A stretch of 64,000 nucleotides of DNA from Carcharhinus amblyrhynchos (lineage: Eukaryota): contig OZ336882.1 of assembly GCA_965287045.1 (NCBI GenBank), forward strand, positions 57,350,001-57,414,000, given 5' to 3'. The notes under the pieces were generated by a model. That model did not search any database. It was given only the letters and a program-made list of their open reading frames with translations, and was not told the origin of the DNA. Positions 47,350-60,408 of this stretch are shown here, piece by piece (within the stretch, counting starts at the first letter, position 1; every line of letters starts with the position of its first letter). The position numbers were made by a program, and so were the translations under genes.

Positions 47350-50300
47350 AGATTAGCTGCTTCAGATTGGGCCCTTGGTCAAGGACAGAAAGGTGTGACT
47401 GTAAGTGAAACAGGTCAGAGGATCTAAAAGGCAGTAATGAAGGATCCTCAGCCCTTGCAGTATGTGTAGATGAGAGCGGGGGCCATAGAGAGGGTGAGCA
47501 AATGGATCATGATCATTCAAATGAGCAAAATGAAAAGGAATGTAGTTGTATTCGATGATAGTATAGTTAGGGGAATAGATCCTGATTTGTGTTACTGTCC
47601 AGTGCCAGAGTTAATGACATCTTGGGCTTGGAGAAGGATTTGTAGTGATAGGGATAGGATCTGGTTGTGGTGATCCATCTGAGTGCCAGTAGCATAGGTA
47701 GGATTATGAAGGAGGTTCTTTACCACAGAGGTCATCTCCAGATTATTATCTGAACCAGGGACAAATTGGTATTGGGTAAACAAGATCAGAGAACTGAATG
47801 CTCGGCTTAAAGCTTGGTATGGAAAAAATAGGTTTCGATTAATCAAAAATTAAAACTATCACCAGTATTGGGGAAAGAGGGAACACTATTTTGGGGATGG
47901 ATTTCACCTGACTCGCAAATTCTATGATTAGGATTATAGAACAGACTTTAAACAACGATGGGATTGCGAGGGAGAGTTCATGTGAGGGAAGACTGGAAAG
48001 TTAGAGTAAAGACAAAGCTGTAGAGCAGGATAGTGATTTGGGTAATGATAATGAGAGTGTGACAGGAAGAACATACAAAAAAGTGCACCAGCAAATAATA
48101 TCAGAGAATGGGGCGAATAGTAAAAGGACAGAATTAAAGATTGCTGATATCTGAATGTTTGAGTGTATTTGACATTTTAGAAATATAAAAAGGGAAAAAG
48201 ACATAGGATATATCTGTTTGAGAAGGATAACATCAGTACAGTAATGAGAAATTATCTTGGTTCAAAGGTTCAAGGTATAGAGTCAGTTTGGATGGGCATA
48301 TAAAACAGCAAAGGCATGAAGTCAATGGTGGGAGTAGTTTATAGGGCACCTAATATTAACTACACTACAGGACAGAGTATAATCAAGAAATAATGCTAGC
48401 TTGTAAGAATTTTTAAACTTATAAATTGGATGAATCAAATTGGCAAAAGTAGGGTGTGTTCAGGACAATTTCCCAGAACAATATGTCAAGAGCCGATCAG
48501 GGAGCAGACTATTTTAAACCTGATGTGTATTGAGACACAATTGATTAATGACTGCAATAAGAGTTCATCAAAGTAAGAATGATCATAACATGATAGAACT
48601 GCACATTCAGATTGAGGATGAGAAATTTAGTTTTGAAACTAATGCCTTACAATTAAAAGCCGTTGGTTAAAGTGCAATGAGAAAATAGGTTGAAAGTTGG
48701 GATGGTAAAGGAGCAGTGGCAGACATTTGAAGAGATATATCAACAAATATGCATTGCATTGAAAAACAGGATCTCAGATGCCAATCTTTAGCCAATTTGA
48801 GTCCAGGTGCAACTGGATGCTGCAAAGGGTATGAACCATGATAGCATCATCTCAAGGACATTTGGATGGGGAATAAATGTCAACCTTATGGCATCTACAT
48901 TCCAGCAAAAAAATAAAGAAAAATACTCTGAAGGATATATCACCATGGCCTAACTAAAAAAGTGAAGAATGGTGTCGAATTGATGAATATTCAGTGTTGC
49001 AAATATAGTGATAGCCCAAAGGATTGTGAACATTTTAGAAACAAGCAAAGGATGACAGAATGGGAGAAGTTGGAGTTAGAGAAACTAGCAAGAAACGTAA
49101 AAGCAGACTAAAGGCTTTGGCAAGTGGATTTAAAAAGAGTAGCTAAAGACCATAGAATGTGAGTTAATGGGAAACAAGGAAATAGCAGAGATTCTCTTCA
49201 CAGTAGATGACAAAAAGAATGCAAGGGGGGAGGAGTTTGAGACAATCATAATCACTAGAAAAATAGTGTTAGAAAACCTAACGGGATTAAAGGTTGGTAA
49301 CTCGCCTGGATTGATCGCCTGCAACCATGGGTCTTAAAAGTGGCTCCAGAAAATGTGGCTATATTGGCCATAACCTTCCAAAATTCCCTACATTCTGGAG
49401 CTGTTCCAGGGGATTGGAAAATCATAAATGTCATGCCACTAGTCAAAAAAAGATAGGAGACAGCAAGCTATAGGCCACTTAATCTCAACGTCTGTCACTA
49501 GTTAAAATGCTGCAATCCATATTAAAGAGGTGGCAGCATGATATTTAGAAAATCATGATACAGTCAGGCAGATTCAACACGATTTTGTGACCAGGAAATT
49601 GTGTCTGACAAATTTATTATTTTTGAGGATGTAACAAACATGGTGCATAATGAGCCAGTAGATGTGATGCATTTGGATTTCCAAAAGGCTCAAGGTATTA
49701 AGAGTTAATGTATTAGCATGGATAGAAGATTGGCGAACATGAAACAGGGTTCAGAAAGCAGTTATTTTCAAATTGACAAAGTAACCAGTTGAGCAATACA
49801 GGGTTCAGTGTTAGAGGCTTAAGCAATGTGTTTACGACATGGCTGAAGGGACCTGACTGCATTGTAGCCAACTTTTGAGCAGAAGGAGAGCAAACTTTGA
49901 AGAGATGTGAAGAATTTGCAAAGAAATAGATAGTTTATATGAGTGGACAAAAATTGTCAAGTGAAGTACTATATGGGGAAATGAGCTTGTCCATTTTGAT
50001 AGGAAAAGTAGGAAAATGGAATATAATTTAAATAGAATGATGCTGCGGTTCAGATGGATCTGGGTTTCCTTATACATGAATCATGAATAGTTAGAATGTA
50101 TATACACTTAAGTATGTATGAAGACAAGTGAAATATTGGTCTGTGTCCTGGGGATAGGGTATGAAAGTAGAGAAGTCTTGCAGCAACTGGCAAGAGTATT
50201 GGGAAGACTGCACCTGGAGTACTTTGCAGTTTTTGCCTCCTTCTTTGCATTAGGGACAGTTCAGAAAACGTTCACTAGGCTGATTCCTTGGATGACAGGT

Positions 50301-50700
50301 TTGGTTTATGTAGAAAGGATGAACAGGTTGGGTTTATGCTCATTGGGTTCTAGAAGAATGAGGTGATCTTAATGGACCATATAAGGTTCTCAGGGGTCTT
50401 GACAAGGAGGATATTTCCTCGTGGGGAAGTCTAGAACTAGGAGATACTTTCAGGAAAAGAAGTCTCCCATTCAAAACTGAGATGAGGAAGAATTTATTTT
50501 GAGTGGTTAGTACTTGGAATATACTTCCCCAAAGAGGAGTGGAAGCTAGCTAAGTCATTTTGATTGATAAGGGGAGAGAGTTATAGAAGACAGGCAGATA
50601 AGCAGAGTTAAAGCCACAATCTGATCAGTCCTGATTTTATTGAATGCTGGAACAAATTCAGTGGATCAAATGGCCTGCTCTTCTTTCTTAGATTTTATGA
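47350..50700 (+). mobile_element. Decayed long CR1 LINE (ORF1 esterase-like to 3' UTR) in a MATR3 intron
   Basis: VVVFDDSIVRGID (CR1 ORF1 SGNH-like), ORF2 remnants (ggattggaaaat, ttggatttccaaaaggc, HLEY..F, FTRLIP) and 3' UTR. Confidence 0.78.
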
Positions 50701-50863
50701 TCAACTGAGTGCATATGTCAATTGTAACTGAGTCCAAGTATTTGGTCTTTGTAATATCTTTGAATGAATAAGAGCTTTTATAAAAAATAATTCTGTGAGG
50801 AATATATTTGAGAGTACTTTACAAGAAGTTAAGTTAAATTGTAATCTTTGTCTATCTCTTCAG

Positions 50864-51007
50864 AAGCAAAAGCAAGAACGGAGCGGTGGAAGGGTGGCAC
50901 TCCTCCAGAACCTCCCTCCTTCTGGTTACTCAGATGCTGATATTGTGAAAATTGGTACTAGCTTTGGGAAAGTACTTAATTACATTGTGATGAGACTCAG
51001 GAACCAG
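50864..51007 (+). CDS. MATR3: Matrin-3 coding exon 8 (RRM2 N-half)
   Basis: GRVALLQNLPPSGYSDADIVKIGTSFGKVLNYIVMRLRNQ resembles human GRVIHLSNLPHSGYSD...NYILMRMKSQ. Donor CAG|GTACTG; 144 nt. Confidence 0.94.
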
Positions 51008-51623
51008 GTACTGTCATAAATATTTTTGTTTAAGGGAGATAAGGGTGCAGTTGTATGCTGGGAATTCCTGGTTTGAAAATTTACTTTACCACTTGTAACT
51101 TATACAGCAATGAAAAAGAAGTACTTTTTTAAAATGGGCTCATGGGCCCATTAAATCCATTCTATTTGATTAAGTATAATTAATATATCATGAACTTCCT
51201 CTTGCCCATCTCCTCTTCGGAAATTCTTTTATCATTCAGTTTTCTGCTTATGTACATCTGGGAGGACATAGGTACAAATTGGGGATTTCATTTTGACTCT
51301 TTTTGCCCCTCGAACCATAAAAGCATTACTACAAATTTGCATAGCATTACTAAGGAATATTTAGCTTATTATCTGAGATGAGTGTCTCAGTAATGGCTAA
51401 TTTTGTAATCACTACTCCTCTGGAGTTCCCCAGTGTTGTGTTAGTCATGCATTGGGGGCAGGAATAACATTGTGAAGAAGGTAATTCTTCATCTCGAGGG
51501 AGAAACATGGTGGGTGTGAGAGACTTTTCAAACACCATTTGCATGCATCTATTAATAATGTGAATGGTTATGGCTAACTTTGCATGGATTTTTTTCCTGA
51601 TGTAACAATATTGTAATCATCAG

Positions 51624-51755
51624 GCATTTCTGGAAATGGAGTCAAAGAAATGTATGGTAGACATGGTTAAACACTACAAGAAAACGCCTTTAATATTCCG
51701 TGGTCGAAAAGTAACCGTGGATGCGTCTCAGAAATATAAGACACTCGTATTAAAG
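51624..51755 (+). CDS. MATR3: Matrin-3 coding exon 9 (RRM2 C-half)
   Basis: AFLEMESKKCMVDMVKHYKKTPLIFRGRKVTVDASQKYKTLVLK. AG 51622-51623, AAG|GTAAGT, 132 nt. Confidence 0.94.
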
Positions 51756-53399
51756 GTAAGTAATGTCTTACTTGCATTTAAGCATTTTTATGACTTTCTT
51801 CATTAAGAAGCTGACATAACTGTTCCAAAGGCCATCTTATCTGTTTCATACAGCTACTTTGTAATATAGAATAAATACTAATGACTGATGGGTCTCCTTT
51901 ACAAAAGCAGTCGCGTACTGCACCGCACAGATAGAGGCAATTTGTAGTTGTGCTAGCTCTTTGAAAGAGCTGTTAAATTAGTCACATTCCCATGTCTTGT
52001 TCAATAGCTTTATTTTTGTTTTTTTCCTTTGAAGCTATACTCAGTTTCCTTTAAGTAGTTCCACTTAGTGTGATTCCACGCACTCCAAATATCAAAACTG
52101 GCTGCCTAAAAGCAAATGTCTTATCATCTGCCCTATAGTTCTTTTTTCAATGGTCTTAATTACTGAATCTCCTGTCAACAGAAAATTCTGTTTCTAATAT
52201 CAAAATCTCATATTGAGGTCCATAACCTTCCTCTAAGACACTGTGTGGAACGTGGGTTGGTGTAAAATGCATATTAGCATATGTGCCATCAGAGTTGAAG
52301 CCACGTGAGAATGCTGACTAAAACTCTCATCCTAAGTGTTCATGTGATATCACTGGTTCCCTATCTATGTGGCATGAATTGTCTTATGACAGTGCTTATC
52401 CATGAGAAGTAATAATGTAGTTTTATAAGCAAGATTTACGTTCTGTTGCAACAGACTGCAAGATTGAATTTTGAACAGTTATGGGGTTAAAATAAAGAGA
52501 TGAACTGACTGAATATGAAGCCTGACTTGAGACTGAAGTTCTCCAACTTGAAACATGATTTCACCTCATTGGGATCTCACCAAATGCAGCCCATTCTCCT
52601 CATTAATTTTGTTGCCTGTTTTGCGGTTGCAAATGAAAACCAGTGTCGTAGGACTAGTAAGTGGTCTGCAGGGTCTTTTGTCTTGACTAAATGGTCTGTG
52701 GCAAAAAAAGTTCAGAATTGCTGCTCTAAGGGGAACAAAAGAAGGTTAAAAGTGCTGAAGCTTTTTGTCTTGCAGTCATCTATAATAATGACTAAAGGTT
52801 AAATTAAAATGTTAAATTTCTCAAAAGTCTGGATAAATCACATTTTGCCACATTACCTTGATAATTGGTGAGATTCGCAATCATTGTTAGAAGTCTTTTA
52901 TCCTTTATGGTTGGCAGGAGTGATTTTGCAGATTTTTAGCTGTGAACAGAAAAGTTGAAAGGAGAGATGCAGTAAGTTAGTCAAACTTCAACTAGAAAAC
53001 TGAGAGAACAAACTTTAGGCTGGTCCAAAGGGAAAGCAAACGCAGAAGTAAGAATTATTTTTCAAGTTAGCAAATGAAAGTCAGTGTAGACCAGGGAAGT
53101 GTTGCTGCTTTTGAATTTTCATTTGATGTGAAATAAAGTAGTCCTGAAACATTCATCTGATCTTGTTTTACTTGTTTTTGTTTTCTCTCAGTTCATCTTT
53201 TACAAATTGGAGAGTTCACTTGAGAATCTCATTGTTGCATGCTTGACTTGTGCTCTCATATAATTAGATGTCAGGCTACGTAACTCAGGCATGTAGGGTT
53301 GGAATCCATTTATAGATGTGACAAGCATCGTTGAACCATGCAAAATTTTCTATCGCAGACCAGAATTTGGAACAATTCCTGTTTAATCTATTGTTTCAG

Positions 53400-53452
53400 A
53401 AACCCAGCATAAAGGTGCAAGAACTATTGAAAGAACAGGATGAAGCAGACAG
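53400..53452 (+). CDS. MATR3: Matrin-3 coding exon 10 (KPSIKVQELLKEQDEADR)
   Basis: ttgtttcAG acceptor, CAG|GTAAAT donor, 53 nt, phase 0 to 2. Confidence 0.85.
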
Positions 53453-54739
53453 GTAAATTGTTTCAATATATATCCATGTCCAACAACGTAGCACTGGTCA
53501 GTCTAGATGATGTGCTAAATCCTTGCATCTCTGACTTGGAAACAAGATGTGCAGGTTCAGTCAATTAGCCATGCAAAATTGCCCTTTAGTGCCCAAAGAT
53601 GTGGGGGAGGGAGATCCTCCCTTCCGTAATCTCCTGCAGCCATACTCCCCTCATATCCGCGATCCTCCAGTTTGGCCTTTGGCGCATTGTTAATTGTTCA
53701 TTGATGCACATTGCCAAGGGCCAAAGCTCTGGATTCCCTGCCTAAACCTTTCTTTGTACCTTTTTAAGCTGTTCCTTAAAACCTGCTTTGTCATCTGCCA
53801 TAATACGTCTTAGGTATCTTGGTTATATTTTGATTAAATTCCTTGTAATGTTTTACTATGTTGCTATATAAATAGAAATTGTTGCTGTTTTCTTTCCGCT
53901 GCTGTACTCATTATTTTGTGCAGTGAACTGCTTCTGTTTTCCTCCTAATGCTAATTTGAACAGGCAGCTTGGAAATGTGCAGGAGCAGCATGGCTAGCTG
54001 AACAATGTTGTCTTGCTCTGAACACAGTCTTCCTTGCATTAGGAAGATGTTGCCCTTTGGATAAGACCAGAAGTTAGACTGTATGAATTAAAAAACAGGA
54101 ATTGTTGGACATAACCTGCAGGTTTAGCAGCACCTGCAGAAAGAAAAACATTAGCATGCAGGCTGATAATCTTTTGTCTGAACTGTTTGTACTTCAAATT
54201 TCCAATATCAACTATATTTTGCATTGATCATCCTGGTTGTATAATGCTCAACTATATCTGTGTTTAAAATAAATTTGGCAAATAAGTTCCACAAGTACTC
54301 TGTGGTGATTGAATCAGTAAAAATAGTTTTCCCCTCACGTTTGAGCCCTGGTTCCCCCCATATTGCCCTTTGGAGCATTCGTAATGTGTAATTTGCATTC
54401 ATAGTGTGGGGATGTGTATTGAGCATTTAAGTTTTGATAAATACTAAATATTACTAAAATAGATGCACTGTATACAGCGATTCACAATTTATAGCTACAG
54501 AATGAAGCTTTAACATGAATAATTTATTATCTGTTGTACTTCAAAAATATTGTTTCATAATTTTATGATCAAGTCCTGCTTAAGTGATCAAAATTTTGCA
54601 GCACATCATTCGTGATTTATTTTAGTGCTAAAATGGCTTTAGCAAGCAAATGTAATGCTATAATCCAATAGAAATGGTATTTATGAATTATGGGAGAATT
54701 GTGGATTGTCATTTAGCTTCAAGGAAGTGACAGAGATGA

Positions 54740-55750
54740 TGGGGGAAAGACAGTGGATGTTGTGTACATGGACTTCAAAGCTTTTGACAAGGTACCTCAT
54801 CGTAGACTGGTACAAAAGGTGAAGTCACTTGGGATCAGAGAAGAGCTGGCAAGATGGACACACAACTGGCTTGGCCATAAAAGATAGAGGGTGGCGGTAG
54901 AGAGGTGCTTTTTGAGTGGAAGGCTATGACTAGCGGTGTTCCATAGGGTTCAATTCTGGCACCTATGTTGTTCTTGGCTGGTCTGATTCCTAAGTTCGCA
55001 GATGACACAAAAATTGATGGATTTGCATATAGTGATGATGATTGTCAGAGGATCAGCAAGATGTAGACTGGTTGGAGATGTGGGCTGAGAAATGGCAGAT
55101 GGCGTTTAATCCAGATGAGTGTGAAACATTTGGAAGGTCCAATGCATGTGGGAATTATTCGGTAAATGATCAAACCCTTAGGAACATTGACAGGTAGAGA
55201 CATCTGGGTGTACATGTCCACCGATCACTGAATTTTGCAACACAGGTGGATAAGGTAGTCAAGGCACACGCATACTTGCCTTGATATAGGGCGTTAAGTA
55301 TAAAAATTCGCAAGTCATACTGCAGCTGTACAGAACCTTAGTTAGGCGTCATTTAGAATGTGTGCAATTCTGGTTGCAACACTACCAGAAGGATGAGGGT
55401 ACAGAAGAGGTTTACCAAGATGTTGCCTAGTCTGGAGGGTGTTAGCCATGAGGAGAGGATGGATAAACTCGGTTTGTTCTCACTGGAATGATGAAAGTTA
55501 ATAGAGGTTTACTAGATTGAATGGCATGGACAGAGTGGATAGTTAGATGCTCTTTCCTCAGATGGAAAAGTCAAGTAATAGGGGACATAGGTTAAAGGTG
55601 TGTGGGAAAAGGTTTCGAGGACTAGATGAATAGATAAATAGGATGGAAATAGAAGGATACAGTCTCTTAAGTGCAAACGGTTTTATTTTAGGCAGGCATG
55701 ATTACAGGTGCAGGCTTGAAGGGCCTATTCCCGTGCTGTACTTTTCTTCA
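54740..55750 (+). mobile_element. CR1 RT C-terminal fragment and 3' UTR
   Basis: gtggatgttgtgtacatggacttc..gcttttgacaaggt (VDVVYMDF.KAFDKV), aagttcgcagatgacacaaaa (KFADDTK). Confidence 0.85.
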
Positions 55751-56116
55751 TCTCTTGTTCGCTCATTTGAGATTTAATGGTCAAATTAAAAAGCATTTTT
55801 AAAACTATCTTCTTAAAATTTGCCCTTTTTCTGCTCTAATTTTGGATGCTAAAAATGCAACATTTTATACATAAATATTTAAAATATGAAGACTTTAAAT
55901 CAGAAATAAAAAGTTACTTGAAAGCTCCTTTAATTAATTTGCCATAATTGTCAGGCCTGATTAAGAAAATCTGATTTCTGATTTGAGGACAGTTGGCTAG
56001 AACTGGAGAAATGCTTTGAAAAGGCTCTTAATACTGAGTTGTCTATGCAGTTGTTACAGATGAGGGCATTATTGTTTGGGGCTCTGTAAAAGTGAGGAGG
56101 ATGAAGAAAAGCGACA

Positions 56117-56378
56117 AGTTTATTTATTAGTCACAAGTAAGGTTTACATTAACACTGCAGTAAAGTTACTGGAAATTCTCTTAGTCACCACAGTCCGGCA
56201 CCTGTTAGGGTCAATGCACTTAACCTTGGCTTTCAGAATGAGAGAGGAAACTGTAGCACTGAGGAAACCCATGCAGTCATGGGGAGAACATGCAAACTCC
56301 ACAGACAGTGACCCAGGCTGGGAATCAAACCCGGGCCCCTGGCACTGTGAAGCAGCAGTGCTAGCTACTGTGCTGCCC
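56117..56378 (-). mobile_element. V-SINE with type B tail
   Basis: Minus-strand copy of the 14971-15263 type. Confidence 0.82.
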
Positions 56379-56698
56379 CCCAAGCTGAGGTTAGAGTTGT
56401 ACTCCCAACTTCGTATGACACGCTAGTCATGTTGTGTGGGATTTTTTTCACCAGTTGTTCACTTTTCTTCTGGAGTTGGTAAATCTTGGAATAAATCTGG
56501 TTCCATGAGTACTTATGTGACCTTTGGCAAAGTACTTAATTACAGGAAGCATAACCACTAAGGCCAATTCTGTCTTCAGTCAATATCTCTGCATATATTG
56601 TTAGCAGTGCTAGCTACCAAGCTGTAATGTGTATTGCCTAAAACTAGACCTAATTCCATAGCATAGACTTGTTTTATATTTTGTTTCTTTCTTCGAAG

Positions 56699-57107
56699 AA
56701 GACGGCGACGTTCCCGCAGTCCATCCTTTAAGAAAAAGCTACCTAGCAAATCAAAGAACCTCCCAAAAGATGGAGAAAAAGGAGAACAGAGAACCTCTGA
56801 AAGTTCCCCTTCAAAAGAAGTTGGGAAAGAGAAATCTGAGGAAGAAGACAAACAAGAAATGAAGTCTGAAGAAAAAGAGGAAGCTTTAGAAGAAGACGCC
56901 ATTGCAGTTATTGAGAGTGATGCAGAACTTGCTGAAGAAGGTCTTGTTGAGGAACTGGGAAGTGAAGAGTCAGAGAGTGAAGAGGCTGACCAAGAAGATT
57001 TGGAAAAAGAAACAAAGCATGAAATAAAAGGAACAGACTCCATAAAACCAGATTCCAAAGCAGATAAGGAAATAAATGTGCAGAACGCAGCAGAAACAAC
57101 TGAGAAG
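56699..57107 (+). CDS. MATR3: Matrin-3 coding exon 11 (RRRRSRSPS basic stretch and acidic low-complexity region)
   Basis: Long pyrimidine tract, AG 56697-56698, open acidic frame (ORF track 56859), donor AAG|GTAAAA. 409 nt, phase 2 to 0. Confidence 0.9.
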
Positions 57108-59329
57108 GTAAAAACACAGGTTTGGTACTCAATTTTTTGTTTTGCTGTAAGTATGATTGACAGCAATGAAATAAGGATAATGTTACCTCAATTAAAACTT
57201 TCTGCTTTTTTAAGCAGGTACCAATAATTCAAAGGAGTAAACAACACCAACAAGCAGCATCGCGGGTAATTTTCCTCACTTAGCTTTGTAGCTATATGTT
57301 TTAAGCTTTTTTTAAAACAAGGTGATGGGTTTTTTAAACCTATTTCGTAGTAATTTGACTATCTGACAATCTTGGTCTATTGTTTTTGCCCTAGCTGTTA
57401 AATATTGGCCTTCCACTCAAAACACCAAAAGTTTAAATTTTCAGAATCAGCCCATGTTGGAACCATACCTAACATTTTCTGGCTAGGTAACAGGCATAAG
57501 AAAAAATTTAGAGCTCTGTTACATTATACTGTGCATGTGCCTTGCTGTAATCGGCAAAGGAGCTATTGGTAACTGTCGTAAATAACCCCATAGAATGCTT
57601 TGGCAGCACATGGTCAATTTTTGTGGGTTCAGCATTTTTGTAGAAAATGTAACTCTGCTATTGATAAAATAGATCCTGACAATAAATACCAACAATCAGA
57701 TGTTAACTGAGAAGTTGGAACTTCTAAAAATTGTAACCAGCAATTTTAATTTTTAAAAAATGAGGATAAAATGGTGACTATGCTTGCCTGGGAAAATAGA
57801 TTAGGATAAAATTGTGTTCAGTATGGTGCAAAACTATTTACCAAGTTAATCACGAGCCAAAAAGCTGTCAAAAGGCTAACCTTCATAATCAAAAACAGAA
57901 TTTTTTTTAACAAAACCAAAAGAAACTCTTGCATATTGTCTACAGCTGAGATTAAAGTCTTCCAAATCAATGGATTTGCATCTGAATTATTTGGGAGACA
58001 TTCTATTCAAGGTAGAGATTTTGTCGTTTTTCCATTCCTTTCATTAAATTTGCTTCAAGTTGCCTGCTTGTCTGATAAGTGTCATATGACAATGTTATTT
58101 GCAGCACAATGCCTTTTGTGACTTTACCCATAGTGTTTGTACTTGCAGAGAACATTGAAGAAGCCTGCTTCTGCTGCAGGATTCAACATGTCTGTCTGAA
58201 ACCATTTCTAAATTCTGTGGTGTAATGAAGCCACAGAACATTGGGGTCCATAAGAGGTGTCTATACGAAAGGTCACCCTGTTTTTTTTTCAGACTGGAGA
58301 TGGAACTGCATAGAGTTTGGAAGGCTGTGGACTTCCTCGATTCCTCTTGCATAAATAGTTCCTAGTTTGAGTCTTCAGTTCATTTACTATCCTGGTTATC
58401 AGGCATATACGTGGATGCAAATTAACTTTGCTATTGTGAAATCATGCTGGTCCTGTAACTGCTACGTTTGTGAGATTCTTTTAATATTGAAGTACAAAAC
58501 ACAAAAAAAATGCTTTGAATTGAAGTTCATTTAAATGTTGTAAATCTGATTTTAGTTACACAAACTATTCAGGAATGTAATGAGAAGGACTAATCTTGTC
58601 CTTAAGTTGCAAAAATGTGCCATATTTAGCTGGATAATTGAATTTTAAAACATATGCAAGATGAGTCACTGTTTAAAATAAGCAGCAATTTTTATAAGTG
58701 TCATATTACTTCATAAATTTGTCCCAAAATAATTCTGTAGAATAATTATTTGAAAAAACTATTTTCAAAAGCAGAATTTAATGTCCATTTGGTCTGTCAC
58801 CCTAATTGGGGAATCCAAGATAGCAATCGTGTCATGGAGCATGAAACATCAAATTACTTGCCAGCTGAACCACTCTAATCCTTTCCTGTTTCCAGGTGTG
58901 GCTAACTGTTGAGCCATGTGGAAAGAGTTTGTTTTTAAGCATTTTTGGTTTATTTTTGATTTGGCTGTCATTTTAAAAACCATGAGTCAGGTTTTTATCT
59001 CTGATGCTGACTTTCTACTTCTCTCGACAAAAAAAATCAGTGTTTTCATTAGTCTTCCACCTTATAGGATCATTTCAGTCTTTTTTGTCAGTTAAAAGAT
59101 GATGATATTGGTGTGGAACCTGAGGCTAGGTCAGAGTCATCTGAATTTATTTCAAACAATATCTCACCAGTATCGCTTACATAAATGTAGCTGCTGTTTG
59201 GCTTTGTTTTCTATACTAATCTATAGAATGCTTAAAACTTTGTTTTGATATACTGTTCATTTGTGTCAGTACTACTAAAAGCTGTTTGTTATAGTATCTA
59301 TTAATAAAACCAAGTATCCTAAACTCTTT

Positions 59330-60250
59330 AAATCTTCTCAGCTTGTGCTATGACCTTCGCAGACCTATGCACATATATCTACGTACATCTCTATCCCTTC
59401 ATTCCCTTTAAAGTTATACTGTTATAGAGCTACTCCTCATTCCTACCAAAATTACTTTACAGTTCTCTTTTAAATTTCATCTACCCTGTGTCTATCCATT
59501 TTACTTGTCGGTCTGTGTCCTCTTTATTGTTATCTACAGTTTTTGCATTTTAAATCACCTGCAAACTTTGTATACCCAAGTACAGATCCTATACGAGTAC
59601 TTGTCAAAATATTAACCCCAGAGAACACTGCTGTATAATTCCCTTCAATCTGAATGACAACCATTGACCAGTATGCCGTGCATGCTGTTTCTTAGCCATT
59701 TTACTGCCCATGCCGTGCTTTTTAATCCCATAGTTAGAAGCAATATTGAAGTCAGTTATGTAGTACTGTCAAAGTCCAGAGACTTGACATGGCATATGGT
59801 CCATCAGCCTTCTCTGCCACTCTGTCTGCCATTCACCAGCCCACTGGCCCAATTGATCAAGATCCCATTGCAATTGGAGACAACTTTCTTTACTGTCCAC
59901 TATGCCATCAATCTTAGTGTCACCTGCAAACTTATTAACGATGCTTCCTATATTCTCATTCAAATCATAAGGGAGATAAATAAATAAGGGGCATAAATAA
60001 AGGAGAATTGTAAAATGGTGATCAGAGCTTCAGCTATTTCCATCGTTTCTTCCCTCATAGTCTTAACATACACCCATTGCGACAGGATGACTTTTCTACT
60101 TTTGGGGACCACAGTCTTCAAAGTACATCATCTCTTGTTTTATTCAGTATTTCTCCTTTACTGCTACATTAGCACATCCTTTTTAGTGAAGGCAAATGCG
60201 AGTACTTGTTTGATATGTTTGTTCTGTTTTCCATTCCCATACTGTTTCTT
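59330..60250 (-). mobile_element. CR1 fragments
   Basis: ORF 59769-59963 VNKFAGDTKIDG..LQWDLDQLGQWA.EWQ; flanking decayed CR1 sequence. Confidence 0.7.
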
Positions 60251-60408
60251 TCCCTTTTTTTAAGATCTCTTCTGCACTTTACTGCATTCAAACTTAGTAC
60301 TGTATCGTGAATCTATAAGCCTCTATTCTCTTTGTCACAGATGTATTAATTTTTGTGCAATAAAAGAGGACTCAGATTTTGATTATGAAAATCTTTGAAT
60401 TCCTATAG

